From a virus (lineage: Duplodnaviria > Heunggongvirae > Uroviricota > Caudoviricetes), in IMG/VR virus record IMGVR_UViG_3300032329_000471, positions 1 to 64,000 of that record: 64,000 bases of DNA; one strand, given 5' to 3'. The notes under the pieces were generated by a model that saw nothing but the letters and a program-made list of their open reading frames with translations, searched no databases and was not told where the DNA came from. Made by a program: the position numbers and the translations under genes. Within the stretch, counting starts at the first letter, position 1; each line of letters starts with the position of its first letter. Below, one piece after another: positions 43,836-54,220 of the stretch.

Positions 43836-45794
43836 ATGTATTTTCCTAACGCGTTTCGGAAGTCGTTTCTTCCAGTACCTTCAAGTACTGTTTCATTAAG
43901 TACAGCTACATTAGGTACAACAACAGGTTTCGTTTTACCTGTAAGTTCTGCTACAAATATTGTAGCTAATCAATTAGTAAGTGGTACAGGTATTCAAGCT
44001 GGTACAACTGTAGTAAGTGTTGTTGGTAGTAATATTACAATTTCTTTACCAATTAACGCTTACATTGCAAGTGGTACAACTATTACCTTTGGTCCAGGTA
44101 CAGCTGCTCCTACAACAACTGCGGCTCTTAATCTTCCTAACGTTTTAACATTTTCTTCTACAACAGGTGTTGTAATTGGTATGAGTGTTAGCGGTACAAG
44201 TATTCCTGCTGGAACAACAGTTACTGCTGTAACAAGTACTACAGTAACTTTATCAGCTAGTGTAACAGCTACAATTGCTACTACAGCAGCTATTTCTTTT
44301 GGTTCTAGTATAGCTTTAGCTAGTTCTGGTACTACAGCAGCTTTAACAGCTGGTAAACTAGGGTTTTTTAATTCTAAAGATTATAGTGCTCTTTTAACTC
44401 CAAGTACTACTCCATTTATCATTGCTCAAGGTTCTTACTTTACACAAGATAAGATTGGACCGGTTCATGGTGGATATCAAGAGTCTGTAAAATCTAAAGT
44501 GATTAATCCTAAGTACATTAGTCGTGTAATTAAAGTAAATGCTAAAACTCCAGTTAACCAAGTGGTTAAAGTATCAGTAGGTGCTGGTGTTTCAACTGAT
44601 TCTACTTATAGACTACGTCTTGATATTAAAGGTTCTCCAGCTTTACGTTTCTTGAATCACCAATTGTATAGAACAATTGATGCTTACACAGGTTGCGCTA
44701 ACACAACTAACCCAACTTATGTAAGAGATGCTGTATCTACTCTTCTTTTATGGAAAGATGCTATAAATAGTTATCCTACTATTAAAGATATGATACAAGC
44801 TAGAGTTTATGATTTAGCTTATAGCGCTTCTGCAGCAAGTGGTACATCTAGTATTACAACTACATCTGCAACTATAGCTAACACAGCTTTTACAACTGGT
44901 AATGGTGTTGCTGTTGGTCAAAAAGTTGTTGGTACTGGTATTCCAGCTAACGCTTTTGTAACTACATTAACTTCTGGTACAAGTGTTGTTATTACTTTCC
45001 CTACTCAATCAGTGGCTCCTACTATCACCACACCATCTGTTAAATTTTATAACGATGTTTATAGTGCAGCTGGTGTTGTAGCTTATATTCCTAATACTCA
45101 ATCTGAAACTGGAGTTGGTGGTAACTTAACAAAAGGTCTTGGTATTCCAACGGGTTTAACATCTACAGTATATGTACCTGATGCTGACGCAGCTTCTATA
45201 ACTACAGATGCTCATATTGAGCTTACGGTAGCTTACATGGAAACTAAGTTTGGAACTTGTACTTTTACTCCTACAGATAAATATGATATCGAGCCTTTGA
45301 TTATCTATGCTTCTGTAGTAGATGAAGATGGTGATCCTTGTTCTGGTAATCCATTTGTAGCTAATACAACTGATGCAACTGGTATAGCTGCAACAACTCC
45401 ATACTTATCTAGTCATGGTTTTGAAGTACAAAAACCAGTACAAGCGTTTGGTGTAGGTGAAACAGTTTTACGTGAGCTTATCTTGGATGGTCGTTATTTA
45501 CAAAACGCTTATCCTGATTCTAGTAGAGTTGAATCATTTCGTATGAGAGAGATTGAAGCTGATCCAGCTTTAGCTACTGTATCTCGTACAGGTCTATATG
45601 ATAGAGTGATGATTCTTCATAATGTACCTCGTTTCTACAACCCAACCGCTACATTTGATAATGATCAGTATTTGATAGTTGTTCACGTTCCTAAAGGAAC
45701 TGATACTACAGCTTTCACTAACTTCTTAGTAAATAGTGCTAACTTATCTCAAGGTTCTGGTTCAATATCTTTAGAAGGTGATGGTACATATTAA
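43836..45794 (+). CDS. virion structural protein with three N-terminal Thr-rich Ig-like repeats (652 aa); possibly a sheath, major tail or decorated capsid protein
   Basis: Repeats SGTGIQAGTTVVSV, SGTSIPAGTTVTAV and GTGIPANAFVTTL; followed by a strong terminator. Confidence 0.6.
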   Translation: MYFPNAFRKSFLPVPSSTVSLSTATLGTTTGFVLPVSSATNIVANQLVSGTGIQAGTTVVSVVGSNITISLPINAYIASGTTITFGPGTAAPTTTAALNLPNVLTFSSTTGVVIGMSVSGTSIPAGTTVTAVTSTTVTLSASVTATIATTAAISFGSSIALASSGTTAALTAGKLGFFNSKDYSALLTPSTTPFIIAQGSYFTQDKIGPVHGGYQESVKSKVINPKYISRVIKVNAKTPVNQVVKVSVGAGVSTDSTYRLRLDIKGSPALRFLNHQLYRTIDAYTGCANTTNPTYVRDAVSTLLLWKDAINSYPTIKDMIQARVYDLAYSASAASGTSSITTTSATIANTAFTTGNGVAVGQKVVGTGIPANAFVTTLTSGTSVVITFPTQSVAPTITTPSVKFYNDVYSAAGVVAYIPNTQSETGVGGNLTKGLGIPTGLTSTVYVPDADAASITTDAHIELTVAYMETKFGTCTFTPTDKYDIEPLIIYASVVDEDGDPCSGNPFVANTTDATGIAATTPYLSSHGFEVQKPVQAFGVGETVLRELILDGRYLQNAYPDSSRVESFRMREIEADPALATVSRTGLYDRVMILHNVPRFYNPTATFDNDQYLIVVHVPKGTDTTAFTNFLVNSANLSQGSGSISLEGDGTY

Positions 45795-45814
45795 TTAATA
45801 TCCTTAAAAACCTT

Positions 45815-45850
45815 AAAGGGAGTAGATCTTTGGATCTCTCCCTTTTTTGT
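45815..45850 (+). terminator. rho-independent terminator
   Basis: GGGAGTAGATC-TTTG-GATCTCTCCC followed by a T6 run. Confidence 0.6.
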
Positions 45851-45904
45851 TTTTGGCAATGTCTCTTTTTTTTGTTATATTTATAATGTATAATAATTAA
45901 CATC

Positions 45905-46459
45905 ATGTCTAATAAACATCAACTAAGTTTAGAAACACCAGACTCAAATAATATCAAAGTATTAAGATTATTTGATACTAGTTTTTATGCTGAAAATGTA
46001 AACGTAGATTGTGCTACGTTACGTATAACATCTCCCGGATTTAATCTTCCTATAGTAATAGATGTTCTTCCTAGTTTTAATCTAGTGTTGAGCGCGTGTA
46101 GTCTTGGTATACAACGATCTGGTTGTGGAGAACGTTCTATGCCTCTACCAGATGGTATATATGTTATTAATTATTCTGTAAGTCCTAATGATAAAGTGTA
46201 TGTAGAATACAATCATTTAAGAACTACTCAGATAATGAATAAATATTATGGAATACTTGGTCAATTAGAAATGGCCGCGTGTGAACCAGCCGCTGATGTA
46301 AAAGAGATGTTAAATGAGCTAAGACTTATAAAGAGTTTTATAGATGCAGCTAAAGCTAAAGTTGAATATACATTACAACCAGAAGCTGGGATGGATCTTT
46401 TTATATATGCTAAAAAACGTCTTGATAGATTAACATCAAGAGATTGTGTAAACTGTTAA
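45905..46459 (+). CDS. hypothetical protein (184 aa)
   Basis: ORF in the track. Confidence 0.6.
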   Translation: MSNKHQLSLETPDSNNIKVLRLFDTSFYAENVNVDCATLRITSPGFNLPIVIDVLPSFNLVLSACSLGIQRSGCGERSMPLPDGIYVINYSVSPNDKVYVEYNHLRTTQIMNKYYGILGQLEMAACEPAADVKEMLNELRLIKSFIDAAKAKVEYTLQPEAGMDLFIYAKKRLDRLTSRDCVNC

Positions 46460-46470
46460 AATAAACCAAT

Positions 46471-46623
46471 ATGTCAGTTTGTCCGAATTGTAAATCAACC
46501 CTATCTTGTGGTTGTCAAATAAGAACAGCTTCTGATGGAGCTAGAGTCTGTGCTAACTGTATCAGCGCTTATGAAAATTCTTTAGTAATGATAAGAAATG
46601 CTTCACAAATTAAAAAACCCTAG
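46471..46623 (+). CDS. small zinc-ribbon-like protein (50 aa)
   Basis: Manually translated MSVCPNCKSTLSCGCQIRTASDGARVCANCISAYENSLVMIRNASQIKKP (CPNC...CANC). Confidence 0.4.
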   Translation: MSVCPNCKSTLSCGCQIRTASDGARVCANCISAYENSLVMIRNASQIKKP

Positions 46624-46625
46624 GT

Positions 46626-47243
46626 ATGAAAGATTTCTTTTCAAATAGAGAAAGATATTACGAAAACTTTGCTAATGCTGTCTATAGACAACATAAGAAA
46701 CTTCGTTATGGTATATCAACATGTAAACCAGATATTGATGTAGATCTTGCTACTATGAGAAGAGATTTAGTAGAGTGGCAATCTAAAAATGATAGTGACG
46801 CTTTATGTTCTACTAATATATCTTATACAACATGGCTTCCTGTTAGTTATACACCACAGGAATTAGAAAGACTAGAACATGATGTTCCTGATAATGGTCC
46901 CGGATATGTACATTCATATACTACTAGTGGACCTACTGGTATAGGACTAGGTTATCAATATGGAGATGGAACACAAAATATTATACAGGTGAATACAGGT
47001 GGATGTTTAACTCGTATTAATCTTAATCCAGCGATCACTGTAAATAACGGAACAGCTTTTCAATTTAGTCAGGGAACACCTTTAGCTACTTGGATAATAA
47101 ATCATAACTTAGGATATATTCCTAATGTGTGGGAAAAAGATCTTGCTGGTAATAATATAGAAGGAACTCTTGAAGTTGTTGATAATAATAATATAAAAAT
47201 TCACTTTAGCTCACCTGTAGCGGGTGTAGCCTATCTATCATAA
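46626..47243 (+). CDS. hypothetical protein (205 aa)
   Basis: ORF in the track. Confidence 0.6.
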   Translation: MKDFFSNRERYYENFANAVYRQHKKLRYGISTCKPDIDVDLATMRRDLVEWQSKNDSDALCSTNISYTTWLPVSYTPQELERLEHDVPDNGPGYVHSYTTSGPTGIGLGYQYGDGTQNIIQVNTGGCLTRINLNPAITVNNGTAFQFSQGTPLATWIINHNLGYIPNVWEKDLAGNNIEGTLEVVDNNNIKIHFSSPVAGVAYLS

Positions 47244-47244
47244 C

Positions 47245-50200
47245 ATGGCTGAAGATAAAAAATACTATCATAATATTGACTTAGATAAAAATAAAGTAAA
47301 GAATATATTACTTAATCCATTATCTACATCAGAAAGAACAGCACTTTCTTTATCAACTACTGATAAAGGATATGTTGTTTTTGATACTAATTTAAATAGT
47401 CAATATTTTTGGAATGGTACACAATGGATACAATCTTCTGGATCTACACCTACATTACAATCTGTTCTTAATGTAGGAAACGGCGCGTCTAATTATGGTG
47501 GAATAGGTAATGCTAGTATTCAACTAACTAACTTTACTAATAATAGAACATTATATATAAATGATAATAATTATCCTACTATTAAAATAGTTGATAATCT
47601 TAATAGTTCTCATACTTTATCTATAGATCTTGATACTATTACATTAAATGGAACATCTTATAATTGGTCAAGTATAGTAAGTCCTTCTACACCTACATTA
47701 CAACAAGTAACAAATATAGGTAATATCATTACTAATAGTATTACAGCTTCTTCTTTTATAACATCTGGAGGAACATCTGCTCAATATGTAGCTGGAGATG
47801 GTAGTCTTATTACTTTTCCTACAATTCCTTCTTTAACAGGATATGTCCCATATACGGGGGCTACATCTAATCTTAACTTAGGAAGTTATGGTATTACTAC
47901 TAATACTATTACACTTCCTGGAACTACTTCTCAATATGTAAGAGGTGATGGTAGTTTAGCCACTTTTACAACTTACAGTTTACCAATAGCTTCTTCTTCT
48001 ATATTAGGAGGAGTTAAAATAGGAAGTGGTGTTTCTATAGCTTTAGATGGAACAATATCTGTATCTACTAATTATCAAGCTCCTTTAAATGGAACTGGGT
48101 TTGTTAAAATATCTGGAACTACTATCTCTTATGATAACAGTACATATCTTACAAGTAACCAAACAATAACTTTATCAGGAGATATTTCAGGAACAGGTTC
48201 TACATCTATTACAACTTCTTTATCTACAATTACACAATCATCATCAGGAAGTTTTGTAAAAATTACTTTAGATACTAAAGGTAGAGTGGTGGGTAATACA
48301 CCCGTAATAGCTTCTGATTTAACATCTTTATTAAGTTCTTCATATTTTCCTTTATTAGGAGGTTCTATCACAGGAACAGGAGGAAATGGGTTTGTTGGTT
48401 ATATTTCTCAATCAGCTACACCATCCACACCTTCTAGTGGATTTAGATTGTATGCTGATAATACTGATAGATTTAGTTGGATTGGGACTAATGGGTATAT
48501 TAGAACTTTTGATGGTGTTGCTAATACAGCAAATAGAGTATATACTCTTCCTAATAGAGATATTACATTTGATAATATTACAACTTCTTCTACAACAAAT
48601 GGTACAGGGTTTTTAAAAGGTGATGGTTCTAACATATCCTTTGATAATTCGACATATCTTACTTCTGTAGGTATTTCTAATCTTACAGCTACAGGAACAC
48701 CTAATTCTACTACTTATTTAAGAGGAGATAATACTTGGGCTGCTATAAGTGGAGTATTATCTGGATTAACATCTGGACAAGTAACTTTTGCTAACAGTTC
48801 TTCTTCTATAATAGGAGATACTGGATTAACATGGAATAATACAAACAAAACTTTAACTGTAACTACTAACCAGGGACTTAATGGTTTAAATGTCACTGCT
48901 CTAACTACTGCAACAACTTCTACTAATAGTTTAGTTTCAATATCATCGACTATAACAAGTGGTGCTGGTAGTAATGTTTTATTTGTAAATAGACAAGGTG
49001 GTGTAGGTGGACCAAGTACTACTGCTGACTTCCCTGTTAGATGTATTTCAATATTTAAAGCAGGTACGCAAGAATTGTGTTTTCACCAGACTAATGGTAT
49101 GGGGTTACAGGTTACAACAGATAACTACACAGGTTTAAATTCTCTATATTTAAACTCATTTGGTGGAGATGTATATGCAGGTAGTAGTTCTAATTCTTCT
49201 GGTAGTACGTTATTTGTGTATGGAAAAAACTCAGTGTATAGTTCTAACTCTTTCCGAGTATTAAATAACTCAAATATTCAATTGTTTAATATTGATAGTG
49301 GAGGAAATATATCTATAGGAGGTAATACAACTTCTAGTTTATTTCAAATATTTCAACGTACTACAGGAGTAGGTACAGTATCAACTAGTGGCACAACAGT
49401 AACAGGAACAAATACACAATTTACTAATACATTTAAAATAGGTGATACTATAACAATAGCATCTATAGCTTATACAATATCAGCAATAGCTTCTGATACT
49501 AGTATGACTACTAATACATTAGCTACACTATCTAATCAAACTTACACTCTTACAGGTGGTGCTAGATTTAATGTATATGGTAATGGTAATGTATCTTGGG
49601 GAACTCCAGGAACAGGAGGTACTAGTTCTACAATGTGGTATGATGCTAGATATGGTGCTTTAAATATAGGTAGTTCTACAAGTCAGTCTAGTTATCTGCT
49701 AAATGTAAATGGTGCTAGTTATTTTGTAGGAACTACTTTATTTGGTTCTTCTACTAATAATACAGGTGCAAAAGTTACAATTAATGGTGGTTCTACTTCT
49801 AGTGGTTTTCCATCTACAAGTGGATCAACTTTTACTAATGGTATATTAAGATTGACAGATAATCAATATGCAAACGCTTTAGATTTTGGATTTGGCACAT
49901 CTACAAATAATCCACCGTGGCTTCAAGCGAGATATAATAATGCTAGTACCACTGTCCCATTAATCTTACAACCGAATGGTGGAGGGGTATTAATAGGTGG
50001 TCAAACAACACCTGGCTCAACAATAACTTTAACAGTAGCTTCGAGAGAGGTAGGTCAAAGCACTGCTGATGTAATATTAGCTATAGATCAAACTAATGCA
50101 ATTTATAATAGTTTACTAAACTTTAGTTATAGAGGAACTGCCTATGGGAGAATACAGTTTAATAATACTAGTAACGATTTTACTATTGGCTCATTAAGTG

Positions 50201-50697
50201 GTGCAACAGGTGGCAAAACATATTTATCAAATAACGGTACTAATATATTAAGTATTTACTCTGGGGGTAAAGTTGGTATCCAAAATGGAGGTACATTTAC
50301 AGATGATACAGTCAATATATTACAAGTAACAGGTAGAACTAAACTAAATGGTCAAGTATCTTATGGTGGTAGTACACCTACAATAGCTGCTGGAACTGGT
50401 GCTGGTACTTCTCCTACTGCCTCTATAGTAGGAACTAATAATGGTGGAGTAATTACTGTTACTACAGGTACTCTACCCTCTTCATCTGCTACACTAGTTA
50501 CTGTAACTTACACAGGAGCATTTGCTACAGGTAGTCAAATAATACTCTACCCTACTAATTCTGCTACAGCTTTATTATCTGGAGTATCCATGGTATTTAC
50601 AACAGGAACAACAACAACATTTACAATTACAACTGGTACAACAGCTTTAACAGCAGCTACAACTTATAGTTGGGCTTATGTTGTCACAGGATATTAA
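47245..50697 (+). CDS. putative tail fiber protein (1150 aa, Ser/Thr/Gly/Asn-rich with internal repeats)
   Basis: Repeated FDNSTYLTS-type units three times; long low-complexity beta-rich composition typical of fibers. Confidence 0.6.
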   Translation: MAEDKKYYHNIDLDKNKVKNILLNPLSTSERTALSLSTTDKGYVVFDTNLNSQYFWNGTQWIQSSGSTPTLQSVLNVGNGASNYGGIGNASIQLTNFTNNRTLYINDNNYPTIKIVDNLNSSHTLSIDLDTITLNGTSYNWSSIVSPSTPTLQQVTNIGNIITNSITASSFITSGGTSAQYVAGDGSLITFPTIPSLTGYVPYTGATSNLNLGSYGITTNTITLPGTTSQYVRGDGSLATFTTYSLPIASSSILGGVKIGSGVSIALDGTISVSTNYQAPLNGTGFVKISGTTISYDNSTYLTSNQTITLSGDISGTGSTSITTSLSTITQSSSGSFVKITLDTKGRVVGNTPVIASDLTSLLSSSYFPLLGGSITGTGGNGFVGYISQSATPSTPSSGFRLYADNTDRFSWIGTNGYIRTFDGVANTANRVYTLPNRDITFDNITTSSTTNGTGFLKGDGSNISFDNSTYLTSVGISNLTATGTPNSTTYLRGDNTWAAISGVLSGLTSGQVTFANSSSSIIGDTGLTWNNTNKTLTVTTNQGLNGLNVTALTTATTSTNSLVSISSTITSGAGSNVLFVNRQGGVGGPSTTADFPVRCISIFKAGTQELCFHQTNGMGLQVTTDNYTGLNSLYLNSFGGDVYAGSSSNSSGSTLFVYGKNSVYSSNSFRVLNNSNIQLFNIDSGGNISIGGNTTSSLFQIFQRTTGVGTVSTSGTTVTGTNTQFTNTFKIGDTITIASIAYTISAIASDTSMTTNTLATLSNQTYTLTGGARFNVYGNGNVSWGTPGTGGTSSTMWYDARYGALNIGSSTSQSSYLLNVNGASYFVGTTLFGSSTNNTGAKVTINGGSTSSGFPSTSGSTFTNGILRLTDNQYANALDFGFGTSTNNPPWLQARYNNASTTVPLILQPNGGGVLIGGQTTPGSTITLTVASREVGQSTADVILAIDQTNAIYNSLLNFSYRGTAYGRIQFNNTSNDFTIGSLSGATGGKTYLSNNGTNILSIYSGGKVGIQNGGTFTDDTVNILQVTGRTKLNGQVSYGGSTPTIAAGTGAGTSPTASIVGTNNGGVITVTTGTLPSSSATLVTVTYTGAFATGSQIILYPTNSATALLSGVSMVFTTGTTTTFTITTGTTALTAATTYSWAYVVTGY

Positions 50698-50708
50698 AAT
50701 ATAAAAAT

Positions 50709-51008
50709 ATGATACAGTTTTCAAAACCTATAGAGTTCATAGAAGATGAACTATTCAAACCACAGATGGGTACATTCACCTTATTAGATGGAATCACTAC
50801 AGATGACAATGGAGTGGAATATGTTACACTAGAATTTGAGTTATTACAAAATCATCAATCTGGTAATAGAACAATAAGAAAAGGAAATATAAAAGTTCTA
50901 AAATCAACATTTGATTCTTTAAATATTGATTATATTGGTAATATAAATAATCAAGAAGCTTGTAAAGTTTTATTAGCAACATTTAATATAAATGATTTAA
51001 CTTTGTAA
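50709..51008 (+). CDS. hypothetical protein (about 99 aa)
   Basis: Start moved to the Met at 50709 (MIQFSKP) to avoid overlap with the fiber gene. Confidence 0.5.
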   Translation: MIQFSKPIEFIEDELFKPQMGTFTLLDGITTDDNGVEYVTLEFELLQNHQSGNRTIRKGNIKVLKSTFDSLNIDYIGNINNQEACKVLLATFNINDLTL

Positions 51009-51021
51009 AAAAATAAAATAT

Positions 51022-51420
51022 ATGAATATAGAATTAACCAATAGTGAACTAACAACACTATTACAAGAAATCAATGGCGCCATTCCTCAGATTAGTAAAG
51101 AAGGTGGTCAACCATTAAAGTTTAACTTAGCTGTATTATTTCAAAAAGCTACAGATGCTCTTAAACCTTTTGAAAAACTTAAAGAAGAGTTTATTAAAGA
51201 AAAAGGTACATCAACAGAAGATGGTGGATACACTCTTAAACAACTAAAATATGAAACTCTTCCACCATCTGATAATAATTTTACAGATGAATTTAAAGAG
51301 TTTTTAGAATTATTAAATCAAAAAGTAGAGATCACATTTAAAAAAATACCTGTTTCTTATTTTGAGAAACTTAACTCAGAGGCCGTTTATCCTATACTAT
51401 CAAAGTTTGTAGAATTATAA
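51022..51420 (+). CDS. hypothetical protein (132 aa)
   Basis: ORF followed by a terminator. Confidence 0.6.
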   Translation: MNIELTNSELTTLLQEINGAIPQISKEGGQPLKFNLAVLFQKATDALKPFEKLKEEFIKEKGTSTEDGGYTLKQLKYETLPPSDNNFTDEFKEFLELLNQKVEITFKKIPVSYFEKLNSEAVYPILSKFVEL

Positions 51421-51437
51421 TTAACTATTTTATGTTT

Positions 51438-51470
51438 AAAACCACTTCATTTTTGGAGTGGTTTTTTTTG
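51438..51470 (+). terminator. rho-independent terminator
   Basis: AACCACT-TCATTTTTGG-AGTGGTT followed by a T8 run. Confidence 0.55.
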
Positions 51471-51527
51471 TTTTATAAATATTTTTTAGTATATTGTATT
51501 GTACAATAATTATATAAAATTACTATA

Positions 51528-52892
51528 ATGCCAATTACAAAACCTACTAAATCCAATACTTCTGATATAGGTTGTTCTCCTACAACTTCCAACTGTGTCA
51601 CGTGGCAGGGTCCAGATCTTTCGTGTATAAATCTTTGCGCGGGAGATAATGTATCTGACGTAGTTTTTCAACTTGCGACAGAGATATGTAAACTAAAAAC
51701 TGAAACAGATCTTTCTGATCTTGATTTGACGGGTCTTAAGTCTTTTTGTTCCCCTCAAATTCCTGCCCCGGACGTAGTTGATGTAGCAAAAGCTTTATCT
51801 TACATAACTAAAAGTATTATATGTTTAAAAGAATCTAGTTCTGGTTCTAATATAAATGACGGTAGTGTTAGTGTACCTAAATGTGTAGGTGGTACAGGAG
51901 GTACTTATACTTATAGTGATGCTATAGGTTTTATTAATGACAAAATTGTAAATACATTAAGTACAAAAGATGGTCAATGTTCTAGTGAGATTATTAGAGA
52001 TTTGTATAATAGTGTTGATAATCTTACACAAGAAACAAAGGTTACATTACCAAATCAAATTAAAGACGTATCTAATAGAGTAACCGTAATAGAAACACAA
52101 AATATTGTAGTTACTAAAAATGGTAAATCAGCTAGTGATTTTTATCCACCACCAAGTACAACTAGTGTACAAAAAGCTGTACAAGAGTTGGAGTATCAGA
52201 TGATTTCTGTTATTGGTATGTTTAATAATGACTCACCTAAATATGATATAGAAAAAGCTTTACCTGATTTAGCTCAAGCAAAAACTTTAGCTACTACATT
52301 TACAAGTGATAACTTAAGTTTATCTACTGGTGGTACTTTAATAAATTTAGGATTAATTGCTGATGATAAAGTTAAAGGTATTGGTAATATGTTGAATAAC
52401 ATATGGGTAGCTTTAGGTGATGTACGTTCAGCTGTAAAAATAATTCAAGATAACTGTTGTAAAGTTAATTGTGATAGTATTATTATTGATTTCCAACAAA
52501 CGTTTGATCTTGTAGCTAAAACACTTAGTCTTGATTTTACTAATTCTATAGTACCAAAAGGATTTAAAGATACTGGAACTAATATTAGTGTTACCGATGT
52601 AAATGGTTTATCTGTACATGTTACAACCAATGGTAGTACCACTTTACCATTTATTGTAACTGAAGTTGATACTCCTGAATATAAACAAACTAAAGCTACT
52701 GCTTTAAAAATTCCTATTGATGGATTAGCTAATGGTAAGTTATTAATATCATTTAAAAATAATATAGGTAGTAGTACTGTTACATGTAATGATTGTTTTA
52801 GTAAAGAAATAAACTATGTAAATGAGTCTTGTTGTTCTATTACTAATACAGGAGCTGCAACAGTTACATTAACTATAAAAACCTGTTCATAA
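51528..52892 (+). CDS. Ser/Thr-rich putative tail/virion protein (454 aa)
   Basis: ORF in the track. Confidence 0.6.
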   Translation: MPITKPTKSNTSDIGCSPTTSNCVTWQGPDLSCINLCAGDNVSDVVFQLATEICKLKTETDLSDLDLTGLKSFCSPQIPAPDVVDVAKALSYITKSIICLKESSSGSNINDGSVSVPKCVGGTGGTYTYSDAIGFINDKIVNTLSTKDGQCSSEIIRDLYNSVDNLTQETKVTLPNQIKDVSNRVTVIETQNIVVTKNGKSASDFYPPPSTTSVQKAVQELEYQMISVIGMFNNDSPKYDIEKALPDLAQAKTLATTFTSDNLSLSTGGTLINLGLIADDKVKGIGNMLNNIWVALGDVRSAVKIIQDNCCKVNCDSIIIDFQQTFDLVAKTLSLDFTNSIVPKGFKDTGTNISVTDVNGLSVHVTTNGSTTLPFIVTEVDTPEYKQTKATALKIPIDGLANGKLLISFKNNIGSSTVTCNDCFSKEINYVNESCCSITNTGAATVTLTIKTCS

Positions 52893-53413
52893 TGAGTTTT
52901 ACAACTATTCCTCCATATCAATCAACACAAACCAGCGTAATGTGTGGTGGTAAAGGTATTCCAATAAATTATAATGATGAAGGTGGTGATCATACTTTAG
53001 TATTATCTGCAAAAGGTATTTGTTGGAGTATATTTCCCAACCCTACATATGGTGGAACAACTTCTAATAATATACAATTATCTGGAACAAATAAAAAAGA
53101 TTATACATTACAAATAAATGGTCTTTTACCTAATACCAAATATTATGTAAGAGCTTACATGAATGTAGCGTCTCTTACATATATGCCTGAATATGTTGTT
53201 GGTTATAATTATGGAACAGAATATTCTTTTTTTACATTATCTACAGATCTTGATTCATCATATTCACATTGTGTTAGTAAAGACATACGTATAACACCTG
53301 GTGAGATTGTTATACTTCCTGATGGATATGATCTTATTGGAATAGACTATGGTGGTAATATTACATCAACTTTAAAAGGTTCTACACCTGATTGTTTAAT
53401 AATGGCTAAATAA
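52892..53413 (+). CDS. FN3/Ig-like domain protein, YYVRAY paralog 1 (173 aa)
   Basis: Motif NTKYYVRAYMN shared with the next two genes. Confidence 0.6.
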   Translation: MSFTTIPPYQSTQTSVMCGGKGIPINYNDEGGDHTLVLSAKGICWSIFPNPTYGGTTSNNIQLSGTNKKDYTLQINGLLPNTKYYVRAYMNVASLTYMPEYVVGYNYGTEYSFFTLSTDLDSSYSHCVSKDIRITPGEIVILPDGYDLIGIDYGGNITSTLKGSTPDCLIMAK

Positions 53414-53420
53414 TAAAAAA

Positions 53421-54209
53421 ATGGCGGGATCTCCATCTATAAGAACAGTAAAACCTTACAATATAACATCTACTGGATTTACATCTGGTGGATATTCTAT
53501 ATATGATATAGTTCCTACAACTAAAGGATTATTATATAGTACAATATCAAATGATGGTTCTGCTGCAAAAAAAGAAATTAATACTGGAACATCAAATCCA
53601 TATGAACAAATAATACTTTCAGAATTAACCAATAATACAGTATATTATGTAAGAGCTTATTGTTCTAATGGTACAACTAATGTTATTGGAGATGAATATC
53701 AAATAAGAACATTAGCTCAGGATGCTTTACCGAATACATGTGTAGAAAGATCTATAACATTAAATCCTAATGTTACATATGATATACCCAAAGGTGTAGA
53801 AATAATATATAGTGATACTCCTACTAATGTACTTGAATCTAATTGTTTAGATGTAAACCTAATACCATATACACCATCTGTTACAAATCTTCCGGGCGCT
53901 CCTAGAAATTTAAGATGGTTTTATCTTGGTAATGGTCAGCTTAACATAGATTGGGAACCTCCTACATCAATAGGAAATTCTCCTATAATTAAATATAAAA
54001 TATATATATATAGAGGAGAATCGTTAGTTATCAACTATCCTAAAACAATTAATGTTGGAGGTTCTTTTAGTACTTCTCATAGAGCATCACCTGTAACAAA
54101 TAGTACATTAGGTGACGTTAACACTTATTATTATGCTAGAATATCTGCTATAAACAGTGCTGGTGAAGGACCTGTAGCGTTAAGTCCTGGAGGTGGTGTT
54201 GTTATTTAA
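53421..54209 (+). CDS. FN3/Ig-like domain protein, YYVRAY paralog 2 (262 aa)
   Basis: Motif NNTVYYVRAYCSNGT. Confidence 0.6.
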   Translation: MAGSPSIRTVKPYNITSTGFTSGGYSIYDIVPTTKGLLYSTISNDGSAAKKEINTGTSNPYEQIILSELTNNTVYYVRAYCSNGTTNVIGDEYQIRTLAQDALPNTCVERSITLNPNVTYDIPKGVEIIYSDTPTNVLESNCLDVNLIPYTPSVTNLPGAPRNLRWFYLGNGQLNIDWEPPTSIGNSPIIKYKIYIYRGESLVINYPKTINVGGSFSTSHRASPVTNSTLGDVNTYYYARISAINSAGEGPVALSPGGGVVI

Positions 54210-54220
54210 AATAAAAACTT

